DNA of 58,849 nt, filler included, from an uncultured archaeon (GTDB taxonomy: Archaea; Nanobdellota; Nanobdellia; Woesearchaeales; CAIVOO01): NCBI GenBank assembly GCA_903842985.1. It is 5 parts of 5 records of this genome, joined end to end, with 100 filler letters (N's around TTAATTAATTAA, not from the genome) between each part and the next. Parts side by side here need not be neighbours in the genome. Positions count along the whole stretch, not along the records: positions 9,574 to 38,851 come from CAIMOB010000054.1; 4 more parts are not named here. The stretch is one strand, 5' to 3'. The notes beneath the pieces were generated by a model, which made no database searches, was not told the DNA's origin, and was given only the letters and a program-made list of their open reading frames with translations. The position numbers and the translations under genes were made by a program. Of the stretch, positions 10,135 to 19,204 are shown in pieces; position 1 is the first letter of the stretch, and every line of letters begins with the position of its first letter.

Positions 10135-11318
10135 AGCCTGAGCTTTTGGCTCCTGTTTCTGATTTCACGAGCCTGATGGCAGCGATTGATGCTGGCGCTG
10201 ATTCTGTATATTTTGGCGTAAAAGAGCTGAATATGAGGGTTACTGCAAAGAATTTTGAATTAAGCGAGCTGAAAAAAGTTTCTGGGCTATGCCACAAGAA
10301 TAAAGTCAAGGCGTATCTTGCACTGAACACCATTGTTTATGACGAAGAAATAAAAAAAGTCAGGAAGATACTGAAGAAGGCAAAAGAAGCAAAGATAAAC
10401 GCAGTCATTGCCTGGGACCTGGCAGTTATTCAGGAGGCAAGAAAACTCAAGATTCCGATTCACCTAAGCACGCAGGCATCTGTATCAAACATAGAGGCAT
10501 TAAAGTTCTATGAAAAATTAGGCGTGAAAAGAGTTGTTCTTGCAAGGGAATTGAGTCTGGAGCAGATAAAAGCAATAAGGAAAAAGACAAAATCAGAGAT
10601 TGAGGTTTTCATTCACGGCGCGATGTGCGTCTCTGTATCAGGCAGATGCTTCACTTCGCAGTTTGTCTTCGGAAGAAGCGCAAACAGGGGAGATTGTCTT
10701 CAGCCCTGCAGGAGAAAGTACTTGATAAAGGATGTTGAAGAGGGGCATGAGCTCGAGTTGGGAGAGAATTATGTGATGAGTGCGAAAGACATGTGCACAA
10801 TTTTATTTATTGACAAGCTGATTGGGGCTGGAATCAATGCATTCAAGATTGAAGGCAGGCAGAAATCCCCTGAATACGTTAAAACAGTTGTTGAATGCTA
10901 TAGAGAAGCGATTGATGCCTGTGCTGAAAAAAAATACAACAAAAAGCTGGTTGAAAAACTTACAAACAAGCTGAAAACAGTTTATCACAGGGATTTCTCA
11001 TGCGGATTCTACCTTGGAAAACCGATAAACGAATTTTCAGAGCCAGAAAGCAGGGCAACAAGAAGAAAAGAATATCTCGGCTATGTAAAAAATTATTACA
11101 AGAAGCAAGGTGTTGCTGAGATAGTACTACAGGCAAACAAGCTTAAGATAGGCGATAGAATAATGATTCAGGGCCCGACAACAGGTGTTTTTGAGCAGAG
11201 AATAGCGTCGATGGAGATAAACCACAAAAAGGTTTCTGAAGCTGGAAAAGGAAAAAATGCGGGGATTAAACTTGAAAAGACTGCAAGACAGAATGACAAA
11301 GCTTATCTGATTAAGTAG
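10131..11318 (+). CDS. U32-family peptidase-like Fe-S protein (TrhP/RlhA-type RNA hydroxylation family)
   Basis: PELLAP, HLSTQAS, RVVLARELSL, HGAMCVSVSGRC, RGDCLQPCR, KIEGR. Confidence 0.9.
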   Translation: MKPELLAPVSDFTSLMAAIDAGADSVYFGVKELNMRVTAKNFELSELKKVSGLCHKNKVKAYLALNTIVYDEEIKKVRKILKKAKEAKINAVIAWDLAVIQEARKLKIPIHLSTQASVSNIEALKFYEKLGVKRVVLARELSLEQIKAIRKKTKSEIEVFIHGAMCVSVSGRCFTSQFVFGRSANRGDCLQPCRRKYLIKDVEEGHELELGENYVMSAKDMCTILFIDKLIGAGINAFKIEGRQKSPEYVKTVVECYREAIDACAEKKYNKKLVEKLTNKLKTVYHRDFSCGFYLGKPINEFSEPESRATRRKEYLGYVKNYYKKQGVAEIVLQANKLKIGDRIMIQGPTTGVFEQRIASMEINHKKVSEAGKGKNAGIKLEKTARQNDKAYLIK

Positions 11319-12177
11319 TTATTTTAACGCCCTGCTCCAATCCCAAATTGCTTTTTGAAAATGCGCCTGCAAACATTGAAAGCAGGCCTTTTGACTTCTC
11401 ATATTTTACAAGCTTTATTTCTGTGATGTTTGCTTCCTGCTTAATCAGCTGAAGCGCTTCGTCCCTGCTTCCCAGAACATCTATCAAGCCAAGCTCCTTT
11501 GCCTCGCTTCCTATGTAGAACCTTCCTGTTGCAACTTCTTTTACTTTTTCAGGATCCATTCCCCTGTTCTTCGCAACCGCATTTATGAAATATTCATGGA
11601 TTTGGTCAAGTGTCGACTGGAAAATCTGCCTTTCTTCAGGAGTCAGCTCCTTCATCGGCGTTCCAATGTCCTTGTATTTCCCGGAAACAAGCCTTTCATA
11701 GCTTACATTGTACATTTCAAGCAGGCCTGAAAATTCAAGGTAAGAGCCAATGACGCCAATGCTGCCTGTTACAGACAGCGGATGCGCAACTATCTTGTCG
11801 CAAGCAGAAGCTGCCCAGTAAGCTCCTGAAGTTCCTATCTCCCTGATTAATGCAACCGTCGTCTTGTTTACCTTGTTTATTGCCTCTGCAATCTCTGCAG
11901 ATGCAACAGCTGAGCCGCCAGGTGAGTTTATCTCAAAAAGAATTGCCTTTATGTCTTTATCTTCATTTGCCTTTTTAATCTCGTTTACTATGTCTTCTGA
12001 AGATGCTGTCTGGTCGCTGAAAAGGCTGTTAGCACTCTCAGTGGCAATTACTCCGTTTATTTTTATGAGGGCAACATTTCCGAAATCCCCTTTTTCAATC
12101 TTAAATATTGAAGCTGCCAAATAGCTTATTATCAGCAAAAAAATTATTAAGATTACTGCGCTCTTAAGTTTACTCAT
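11311..12177 (-). CDS. sppA: signal peptide peptidase SppA (S49)
   Basis: INSPGGS, SGAYW, TGSIGV, GKYKD motifs; N-terminal TM. Confidence 0.92.
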   Translation of the reverse strand: MSKLKSAVILIIFLLIISYLAASIFKIEKGDFGNVALIKINGVIATESANSLFSDQTASSEDIVNEIKKANEDKDIKAILFEINSPGGSAVASAEIAEAINKVNKTTVALIREIGTSGAYWAASACDKIVAHPLSVTGSIGVIGSYLEFSGLLEMYNVSYERLVSGKYKDIGTPMKELTPEERQIFQSTLDQIHEYFINAVAKNRGMDPEKVKEVATGRFYIGSEAKELGLIDVLGSRDEALQLIKQEANITEIKLVKYEKSKGLLSMFAGAFSKSNLGLEQGVKITT

Positions 12178-12608
12178 CTTTTAACCTCCTCAACTGTCAT
12201 TGTTCTTGTAAGTATTTCGCTAAGCCTTATTTTCTTGAAAATCAGGTAAATCGGATCGATAATCCATAAAAGTATGAATGGGAAGATAGGCAGGATAAAA
12301 ATGCTTCTTCCAACTGCCTGCCAAATGCTAAGTCCGCCTTTTTCTGAGACAACATAAAGCCCAAGAACCATCTTGCCGATTGTCTGCTGCAGTTTGTACT
12401 CAAACATTGCAAAGTAAAGCAACGCAATAAATGCCATTGTTACTATCAGCCAAATCAGATTTGAATTTGATTCAAATATTGAAATTGAAATTGGCATAAT
12501 GTTCTGCACAAGACTTTCGAATGGCGACAAAATAAAATCAATCACCATTAAATCAATCAAGAATGCAAGTGTTCTTTTCCAGAACAGCGAGCTCCTTTTT
12601 GGCTTCAT
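12174..12608 (-). CDS. RDD family membrane protein
   Basis: WKRTLAFLID ... QTIGKMVLGLYVV. Confidence 0.85.
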   Translation of the reverse strand: MKPKRSSLFWKRTLAFLIDLMVIDFILSPFESLVQNIMPISISIFESNSNLIWLIVTMAFIALLYFAMFEYKLQQTIGKMVLGLYVVSEKGGLSIWQAVGRSIFILPIFPFILLWIIDPIYLIFKKIRLSEILTRTMTVEEVKR

Positions 12609-12687
12609 ATGTTCTGAAATGCGTCAGGGGTATTTAAAATTGTCGGAATTAAAAAGGTTTATAAACCCTCCTGCTTTTTCAAAAACC

Positions 12688-13029
12688 ATGAGCAAAAGGG
12701 AAGATGAAGAAGTAAGAGAGCAGCAGGAATCAGAAATAAGCAGGATAAGGCTTCCGAGGCCTCCGCAAACATTCGGGCTTGTTTCAAGGCTTGTCGGCGG
12801 GAGCAGGATGGAAGTGAAATGTTTTGATGGAAAAGGAAGAATCTGCAGGATTCCTGGAAGGCTGAAAAGAAGGCTGTGGATAAGGGCGAATGATCTTGTG
12901 ATTGTTGAGCCCTGGGAGTTCTGCGGCAATGAAAAAGGAGATGTACTCTACAAATACACAAAGACGCAGGTTGGCTGGCTGCGAAACAAGGGCTATTTGA
13001 AAAAACTTGAAGAGTTTGAAGAATTCTGA
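12688..13029 (+). CDS. eif1a: translation initiation factor aIF-1A
   Basis: RICRIPGRLKRRLWIR.NDLVIVEPW; start moved to ATG 12688, downstream of BRE/TATA AAAAGGTTTATAAA. Confidence 0.93.
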   Translation: MSKREDEEVREQQESEISRIRLPRPPQTFGLVSRLVGGSRMEVKCFDGKGRICRIPGRLKRRLWIRANDLVIVEPWEFCGNEKGDVLYKYTKTQVGWLRNKGYLKKLEEFEEF

Positions 13030-13464
13030 TTATTCTCTTGACAGATAAACAATAAGCCCGATAATCCCTGTTGTTATTAAAATATCTGCTATGTTGAAAA
13101 CAGGCCAAATCCTAAAATCTATGAAATCAACAACATAGCCAAACGCCAGCCTATCTACCAGATTTCCAACAATTCCTGCTGCAACAAATAAAACCATCAC
13201 TTTTGGAAATGTTTTTTTTGGTATTTTGTCATAATAGTACATAATGAAGCCGAGCGTGATTATTGAAATCCAAATTAAATATGGATTTGCGTTCTGGAAA
13301 AGGCCGAAGCCGATGCCTGTGTTCTTGACAAAAGATAAGTGGAGAAAATTCTTAATCAAAGGAATCGAAGCATCAATCCTTCTTGCAAAATATTTTGTAA
13401 GCTGGTCAATGATTAAAAGAAGTGCAAATAATAAAATAGAAATTAATGTCTGTTTTTTCACCAT
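13030..13464 (-). CDS. lspA: lipoprotein signal peptidase II
   Basis: DQLTK, NTGIGFG, GNLVDR, VVDFI, VFNIAD conserved motifs including the catalytic Asp residues. Confidence 0.92.
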   Translation of the reverse strand: MVKKQTLISILLFALLLIIDQLTKYFARRIDASIPLIKNFLHLSFVKNTGIGFGLFQNANPYLIWISIITLGFIMYYYDKIPKKTFPKVMVLFVAAGIVGNLVDRLAFGYVVDFIDFRIWPVFNIADILITTGIIGLIVYLSRE

Positions 13465-13784
13465 CTTGGCTTTTTGTCCATTGATTCTATCCTGTGGTTA
13501 AGGCTTTCAATCATTGCTCTGAGCGTGTCAAGTTTTGCAGAAATCAGCTCCAAATCCTTGGAAACATCTTTCGGCGCCTGGGGCTGAGGCATTGGAATTT
13601 CGCGGTATGTCATCGTTTCAAAGGAAGGTGCCGGAGCAGCAGGCGAAGGTTCAAATTTTGGCATTTCCGGCAGCTTTTGCTCTTCTGTTTTCAGCCCAAG
13701 ATCTGTTTTTTCAAGCGGGGGCAGTTCAAATTTTAATTCTTCTGGCTTTTTTCCGAATTTCTTGAAGATTGAAAATATGCTCAT
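13458..13784 (-). CDS. hypothetical protein: amphipathic N-terminus, Pro-rich linker, C-terminal coiled coil
   Basis: MSIFSIFKKFGKK...KDLELISAKLDTLRAMIESLNHRIE. Confidence 0.7.
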   Translation of the reverse strand: MSIFSIFKKFGKKPEELKFELPPLEKTDLGLKTEEQKLPEMPKFEPSPAAPAPSFETMTYREIPMPQPQAPKDVSKDLELISAKLDTLRAMIESLNHRIESMDKKPRW

Positions 13785-13786
13785 CT

Positions 13787-16390
13787 TTATCCCCCAAAAA
13801 TAGCTTTTTTCAAAAATAGATACAGATCTTTCAGCTGTGCGATAAAGCCTTTTGGCTTTTCTGTAACAGCAACTTCCTCCTTTGTAATCTCCTTTGATGC
13901 CCCCTCAACTTTTTCTGCGCTGCCAATCTCTATTGCTGGCTTGTTTGAGGTTGTTGTAATAGTTTTATTAAGATAAACATACTCTCCAACAGCAGGTTCG
14001 AGCTCGAATTTTCCTATTTTATCAAAAGATATGGAATAGCCAAATTTTGTCTCTTCTTTTGCAGACAACTCAATATCCCGAACTTTTCCCATGTCTGAAA
14101 CTTTTATTTGGCCTTTTTCTGTGCCAATATTCCTGACAGTTAAAACAACATCAACAGATTCACTTTTGTTTATTTTTTTCTTTGAAACAGTTTTGTTAAG
14201 CAAAAATGCAGGCCCGTCTATGTATCCAAACTTGACGTCGAATGTGGCCTTTGAGCTGTTTTTCCTAAAAATATTGCCAAGATCATCATAATAAACAAGT
14301 TCAGTGGGCTCCAGTGTCTGTGAACCATTTAGTTTTGCCCTTACTTTGTGCTTTTCCACTATTGTCAGCTTTTCACCTGGGTCAAGTTTTTCAATGAAAT
14401 ACTCTTTATTTCCAACAAGGTCAAATTTTTGCTGTATTGGAAATCTAAATAGAATATTCTTTAACTGCTCTTTTTCTTTATTTTCAATAATATATGTTAT
14501 ATCCACTATCTGTCCCGTAAACAGCGGAGTTGGCACGTTTCTTGTTACTGTAATTTCCAATTTTTTGGGCATAACTGTTATTATGAATTCCTTTTCCGCA
14601 GATTTTGTTACATTCTCTTTCGAATAGTTTGCTGTGGTAATAAATTTATACTTAGTTGTCTCCTTTACCTGCGGAGCCTTCATTTTATATTTATAAACAG
14701 AAACAGTATCAAGGCCGTTGATGTTTATTATATTTGAACTTATGCCCTTTCTGCTGAATTCATCGTGCATTGTGTCAAAAACCCTGACATCGCTAATGTC
14801 TTCGAGTCTTTTATTTTGAACCTTAACCTCAACATCAAATTCCTCGCCCGATTCAACATTTGACTTTGATATTGCCTGTGTTATCACCAACCCCTCAATT
14901 GGCTTTACATCAATATCAATATCAAAACTCTTCTGCTTTTTTTCATCATACTGTGTTTCATAGTCAGCAACAACATCAAAATTATATGTTGTTTTTTTAA
15001 TAATCTTTGGTGTCACCAATTTTGTGTTTAACACAAAAATAGTGTTTGATTCATTGAGTCTGTCCAGGTATACATCTGAAAAATTTCCCAGTGTTGTATT
15101 AAACCACAAATGAATATTTTTAAAATAAATGCTGCTGCCAATTGGATTTTCAATGTAAATCTTTAGCGGGGTCTCGACATTTGTATCAAATTCATTTTTA
15201 CTAGATTCATCTTTGCTTTTTAGATTAGAATGTATTTTTAGTTCAGGAGAAATTGCCTCGATTGATTCCATTTTTTCTTTTGTTCGGACAACATTCTCTG
15301 TCTCATACTCTGCCTTCATGTAAATGTTTGACTTTCCGATAAACTTGGCTCTGAATGCTGGCGCAATTATCTTGCTCTGATTTTCGTTTAGTTCATCAGA
15401 AGAGTATCTATAAACATTGCTGCCAATTTTTGTAAGACTACCGCTTGGAAAGTACTTATAATCTGTTGAATTTACGCGTGTCCTTATTGTTGTAGTTCCA
15501 AGATATTCTAAGCCATCTGGAACATATATGTCAAAATACCTCAGGTCCATATCCTCATCATTCTTGTTTGTGATGTTTATTTTTAGGTAAACTGTCTGGC
15601 CGAGGTATATTTTCTTGTCAGTATCATTAAACTCAGTCTTGATATCAATAAGAGGGTTTACTTTTATTGCGAGTGTATCAGAGTATTTTTCTTGCATCTC
15701 AAACCCATCAAAATATTCAACCTTTGCCTTAAAGGAGCGTTCAATCTCATCCAATGCCTTAATAGTGTATCTGCATTCAACAGAGTCATTCACTCTTAGG
15801 TATTTTAACCAATAAACAGAATCGTTATTCTTGTTGCAGGTATGAACTTCAGTAATATTGAATTCAGGAGTAAATGTATCTATAAAAGAAAAATTTTCAG
15901 CTGAAAGCCCGTCTCCATTTTTTATTGTTGTTGTTATCTCCGCTTCTTCGCCTACACGCATTGTTGGGTTGTCTATTGTTCTTGTTATTGTTATTGTGGG
16001 CGCTATTGAATAAACAGTCAGGTTTATTTTTTCCTTTTTTTCATCAATGTCCCACATTGTATTTCCAAAGCAGAATTTTAGATTATAGACTTTTTGACAG
16101 TCGCCTCTGTTAATAAAAAAATAGTTTAAACCGTATTTCAGCATTAATTTATCATGGTCTTCTAATGAAACCATAAAAGGCATTTTATTAACTGTCAGGG
16201 TTTCATATGGAAGAATATAATTTGAATAAACCTTGGTGACCTCTGCATTTGCAAAAAGCGCATACAAAAGAAACAAAAGGAGGCATAAAACAACTGTTTT
16301 TTTTATTATGGACAGGCTTATGCCTATTATTTTGACTATTACAAACAGGGCTATAAAGAATATAATCAAAAGTCCTATGCTAAACTCCAT
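13787..16390 (-). CDS. large exported protein with repeated Ig-like (BatD/DUF11/COG1361-like) domains
   Basis: N-terminal TM/signal; repeated beta-rich modules such as ITRTIDNPTMRVGEEAEITTTIKN and LNKTVSKKKI...VVLTVRNIG. Confidence 0.7.
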   Translation of the reverse strand: MEFSIGLLIIFFIALFVIVKIIGISLSIIKKTVVLCLLLFLLYALFANAEVTKVYSNYILPYETLTVNKMPFMVSLEDHDKLMLKYGLNYFFINRGDCQKVYNLKFCFGNTMWDIDEKKEKINLTVYSIAPTITITRTIDNPTMRVGEEAEITTTIKNGDGLSAENFSFIDTFTPEFNITEVHTCNKNNDSVYWLKYLRVNDSVECRYTIKALDEIERSFKAKVEYFDGFEMQEKYSDTLAIKVNPLIDIKTEFNDTDKKIYLGQTVYLKINITNKNDEDMDLRYFDIYVPDGLEYLGTTTIRTRVNSTDYKYFPSGSLTKIGSNVYRYSSDELNENQSKIIAPAFRAKFIGKSNIYMKAEYETENVVRTKEKMESIEAISPELKIHSNLKSKDESSKNEFDTNVETPLKIYIENPIGSSIYFKNIHLWFNTTLGNFSDVYLDRLNESNTIFVLNTKLVTPKIIKKTTYNFDVVADYETQYDEKKQKSFDIDIDVKPIEGLVITQAISKSNVESGEEFDVEVKVQNKRLEDISDVRVFDTMHDEFSRKGISSNIININGLDTVSVYKYKMKAPQVKETTKYKFITTANYSKENVTKSAEKEFIITVMPKKLEITVTRNVPTPLFTGQIVDITYIIENKEKEQLKNILFRFPIQQKFDLVGNKEYFIEKLDPGEKLTIVEKHKVRAKLNGSQTLEPTELVYYDDLGNIFRKNSSKATFDVKFGYIDGPAFLLNKTVSKKKINKSESVDVVLTVRNIGTEKGQIKVSDMGKVRDIELSAKEETKFGYSISFDKIGKFELEPAVGEYVYLNKTITTTSNKPAIEIGSAEKVEGASKEITKEEVAVTEKPKGFIAQLKDLYLFLKKAIFGG

Positions 16391-16455
16391 GTGTTTTCCT
16401 CTTTTTTATTTATATATTCTCATTTATATACCATATTTATTTTTAAATCTTTGTG

Positions 16456-17295
16456 TTATATGAATAAAAACAGAACATTGCCCCAAAAATAAGTAAAAAC
16501 AAGGGCAAGCAGATAGCTTGGCACAAAAGGGATGCCTTCCTTTATCAGCACTTCTTTTATTTTCAACTTTTTAAGCGCAATTATCTGCTCTTTTGTCGCG
16601 CCCAGGTCCTTTGGACCGCATATTCTTTTGCCTCTTATTATTATATCCTTGGCAATCCAGTCGCCTTCTGTTAATTTTGACGGGCTGACAAACTTATACA
16701 TCACTGCCTTTTCAACAGCCTTTACAAATACCCAAAGATAAAATGAAAATATCAGCACGACTATGAGCAAGAGTAACGAAAGTCTCAGTGATTTCAGGAA
16801 AATACCTGCAATAAATAGCATTATAGAGACGATTAAAATTGCAATCCTTAATTTAGTGATTTTCCCTTCGGAGATTATACTTTTGAATTTCTCCCAAAAA
16901 TTGTTCCTGTGACTTACTGCAAGAATCACGCCGTATGCCACGCCATAAACTGCCCCTATCAAAAATATGTTGAGCATCAATGACAATAAGAAAGAACTAT
17001 ATGAAAAATCAAGCCCGATTAACGAACCGAGAGCCATAAGCATTTTTGAATCGCCGCCACCCCACTGGCCAAGATAGAACATCGGGATAGCAATTGCAGC
17101 TGTCACTGCCAGGCCAGCCAGCCCTTTGGCAAGAATAATCCAATCTGAGAATATTAGTGAATACGATAGATGCAGAAAAATACCCATAAAAATAAGGCTG
17201 TAGCTTACCCAATCCGGAACCTCTTTTGTCATGAAATCTGTATAACTGCCAATTATAAGGGCTATAAAGGCTATAAACAAACCAAGTATAAGCAT
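16456..17295 (-). CDS. A24 prepilin/preflagellin peptidase
   Basis: SYTDFMTKEVPD (Asp1), WGGGDSK (Asp2), C-terminal GIPFVP. Confidence 0.88.
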   Translation of the reverse strand: MLILGLFIAFIALIIGSYTDFMTKEVPDWVSYSLIFMGIFLHLSYSLIFSDWIILAKGLAGLAVTAAIAIPMFYLGQWGGGDSKMLMALGSLIGLDFSYSSFLLSLMLNIFLIGAVYGVAYGVILAVSHRNNFWEKFKSIISEGKITKLRIAILIVSIMLFIAGIFLKSLRLSLLLLIVVLIFSFYLWVFVKAVEKAVMYKFVSPSKLTEGDWIAKDIIIRGKRICGPKDLGATKEQIIALKKLKIKEVLIKEGIPFVPSYLLALVFTYFWGNVLFLFI

Positions 17296-17344
17296 TTGTT
17301 ATTTAAAAATAACAAAATTTATAAATGTTTGTTATGTATTTAAA

Positions 17345-18064
17345 GTGATGATTGACAAATTCATAAAGCACAAAAAGAAGCTTAAAGCGCTTCCAAAGCA
17401 TATAGCACTCTCTTATACAGAGTATACAACCACAAATATAAAGGTGCCCATAGATGAGTTTTTCAAAAACAAATTCATGAAAATAAAGGATGTGGTTGAT
17501 GTGCAGGTAAATTATGGTGTGCCTGTACTGACAGTGTACCTACTTTCTTCAGAGGAAAAGGAAAATGTAAATTTTTCTGTCATCATTGACACGCTGACAA
17601 ATTTCTTCAATGACTTTGCGAAAGAGAAAAAGATTTTTGATAGCAAGATAAAGATTTCATTTCTGGGCAAATGGTATAATCTGCCGAGCAAGCTTGTTGA
17701 CAGCATAAAGAAGCTGACAGAGGAAACAAGGGATCATGACAATTTTTTCCTGAACTTCTGCATAAACTATGATGGGCAGGAAGAGATAATCGATGCCTGC
17801 AGGCTTATTGGAAGGAAGATAAAGAGCGGAAAATTGGATCCTGACAATATAAGCAGGGAGATGATAAAGGAGAATCTTTACAGCTCATATTTCCTGCCGC
17901 CTGAACTGATGATTGTCATAGACGGGCAGAAGCATCTTTCGGGATTCCTGCTGTGGGACTCGACAAAGGCAAAGATTTACTTCTCAGACAAGAAATGGAT
18001 AGATTTCTCTGCAAGCGATGTTGAAAAGGCGCTGACGCATTATGAGAAGTGGAAGGTTGGCTAG
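17345..18064 (+). CDS. cis-prenyltransferase (UppS) homolog lacking the catalytic DGNRR motif
   Basis: LPKHIAL, LTVYLLS, LNFCINYDGQEEI, PELMI, LSGFLLW retained; I-M-DGNRRWA replaced by SYTEYTT. Confidence 0.8.
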   Translation: MMIDKFIKHKKKLKALPKHIALSYTEYTTTNIKVPIDEFFKNKFMKIKDVVDVQVNYGVPVLTVYLLSSEEKENVNFSVIIDTLTNFFNDFAKEKKIFDSKIKISFLGKWYNLPSKLVDSIKKLTEETRDHDNFFLNFCINYDGQEEIIDACRLIGRKIKSGKLDPDNISREMIKENLYSSYFLPPELMIVIDGQKHLSGFLLWDSTKAKIYFSDKKWIDFSASDVEKALTHYEKWKVG

Positions 18065-18171
18065 CAAATCTTTTCCAACGGACAGTTCCTACACTCTGGA
18101 TTCTTTCTGAAGTTGCGAATGTGCCTTATTTTGAGAAAGATTTAAAAAAGATTTGCAAGATTTCAAAGGAA

Positions 18172-18516
18172 ATGTACATTCCAAAGAAATACGGGCAGAG
18201 CAAGGTAGATAAGTGCCCTTTCTGCAGCGAGCAGGCAACAACAATCAACAGCCAGAAAGTGCCTGTATGCGGACGCCACAGAGGATCCATCCTGAATGAT
18301 ATGAAATGCGCCTGCGGGAGCTATATTGAGATGAAGAGCGGCAAATTCGGAATTTACTTCAGCTGCCTGAGGTGTGGAAACATAAACCTGAAGAAGGCGC
18401 TTGAATTGAACGAAATCGAAGACATGAACAAGCCCAAAAATGAATTCAGGCACGCACCACAATCAAGAACGCCGAAAGAAATCACAATACGCTCTGATGA
18501 TCCAGATTATTTTTAG
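18172..18516 (+). CDS. small Cys/His zinc-binding protein
   Basis: CPFC, CGRH, CACG, CLRC; start moved to ATG 18172. Confidence 0.7.
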   Translation: MYIPKKYGQSKVDKCPFCSEQATTINSQKVPVCGRHRGSILNDMKCACGSYIEMKSGKFGIYFSCLRCGNINLKKALELNEIEDMNKPKNEFRHAPQSRTPKEITIRSDDPDYF

Positions 18517-19148
18517 CTTAATGAGCAGATTCCAGAAAGAATGCAATCGTCACACTTGGGCTTTTTCCTGCAGTTATTTTTAGCGTGCTCGACAAGAACA
18601 GCATGGTAATTATTGAATAATTTTGTATTTTTTTTCAGGTTTTTGTGAAACATCTGCTGGATCTCTTCATAGGTTGCATCTTCCTTACAGATGCCAAGCC
18701 TTGAAAATATCCTTCTTGTGTATGCGTCTATAACAAAAATTGGCCTGTTCAATGCATAAAGAATTATTGAATCAGCTGTTTCAGGTCCTATGCCTTTGAT
18801 TGAAAGCAGCTCTTTTCTCAGTTGATGTATTTCTTTTTTCAGGAAATTTGGATTTTTTAGCAAGTAGTTTGCAAAAATCTTCAGTTTTTCTGCTTTTTGA
18901 TTGTAGTAGCCAGCTGGCTTTATCAGTCTTGCAAGCCTTTTTTGAGGAATTTTTGCGATTTTCTTTGCGTCAATCAGGTTTTCCCTGTGTAGATTTGAAA
19001 TCGCCTTCTCAACGTTCTTCCAGGATGTGTTCTGGGTCAGAATTGCGCCAATAATTACTTCAAACTGCTTATTCTTGGAAATTGTCGGCCACCAATTCAA
19101 GTTGCCGTATCTATTATTCAGTTTTTTATAGATTTCAAGAGTGTTCAT
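18513..19148 (-). CDS. endonuclease III-related HhH-GPD DNA glycosylase
   Basis: GAILTQNTSW, LLSIKGIGPETAD, VIDAY, C-terminal CRKKPKCDDC Fe-S motif. Confidence 0.9.
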   Translation of the reverse strand: MNTLEIYKKLNNRYGNLNWWPTISKNKQFEVIIGAILTQNTSWKNVEKAISNLHRENLIDAKKIAKIPQKRLARLIKPAGYYNQKAEKLKIFANYLLKNPNFLKKEIHQLRKELLSIKGIGPETADSIILYALNRPIFVIDAYTRRIFSRLGICKEDATYEEIQQMFHKNLKKNTKLFNNYHAVLVEHAKNNCRKKPKCDDCILSGICSLS

Positions 19149-19204
19149 TTTCCGAAGCCAGGAATACAGGAAATTATATAAATCTATCCAGTATTATCTA
19201 TAAC

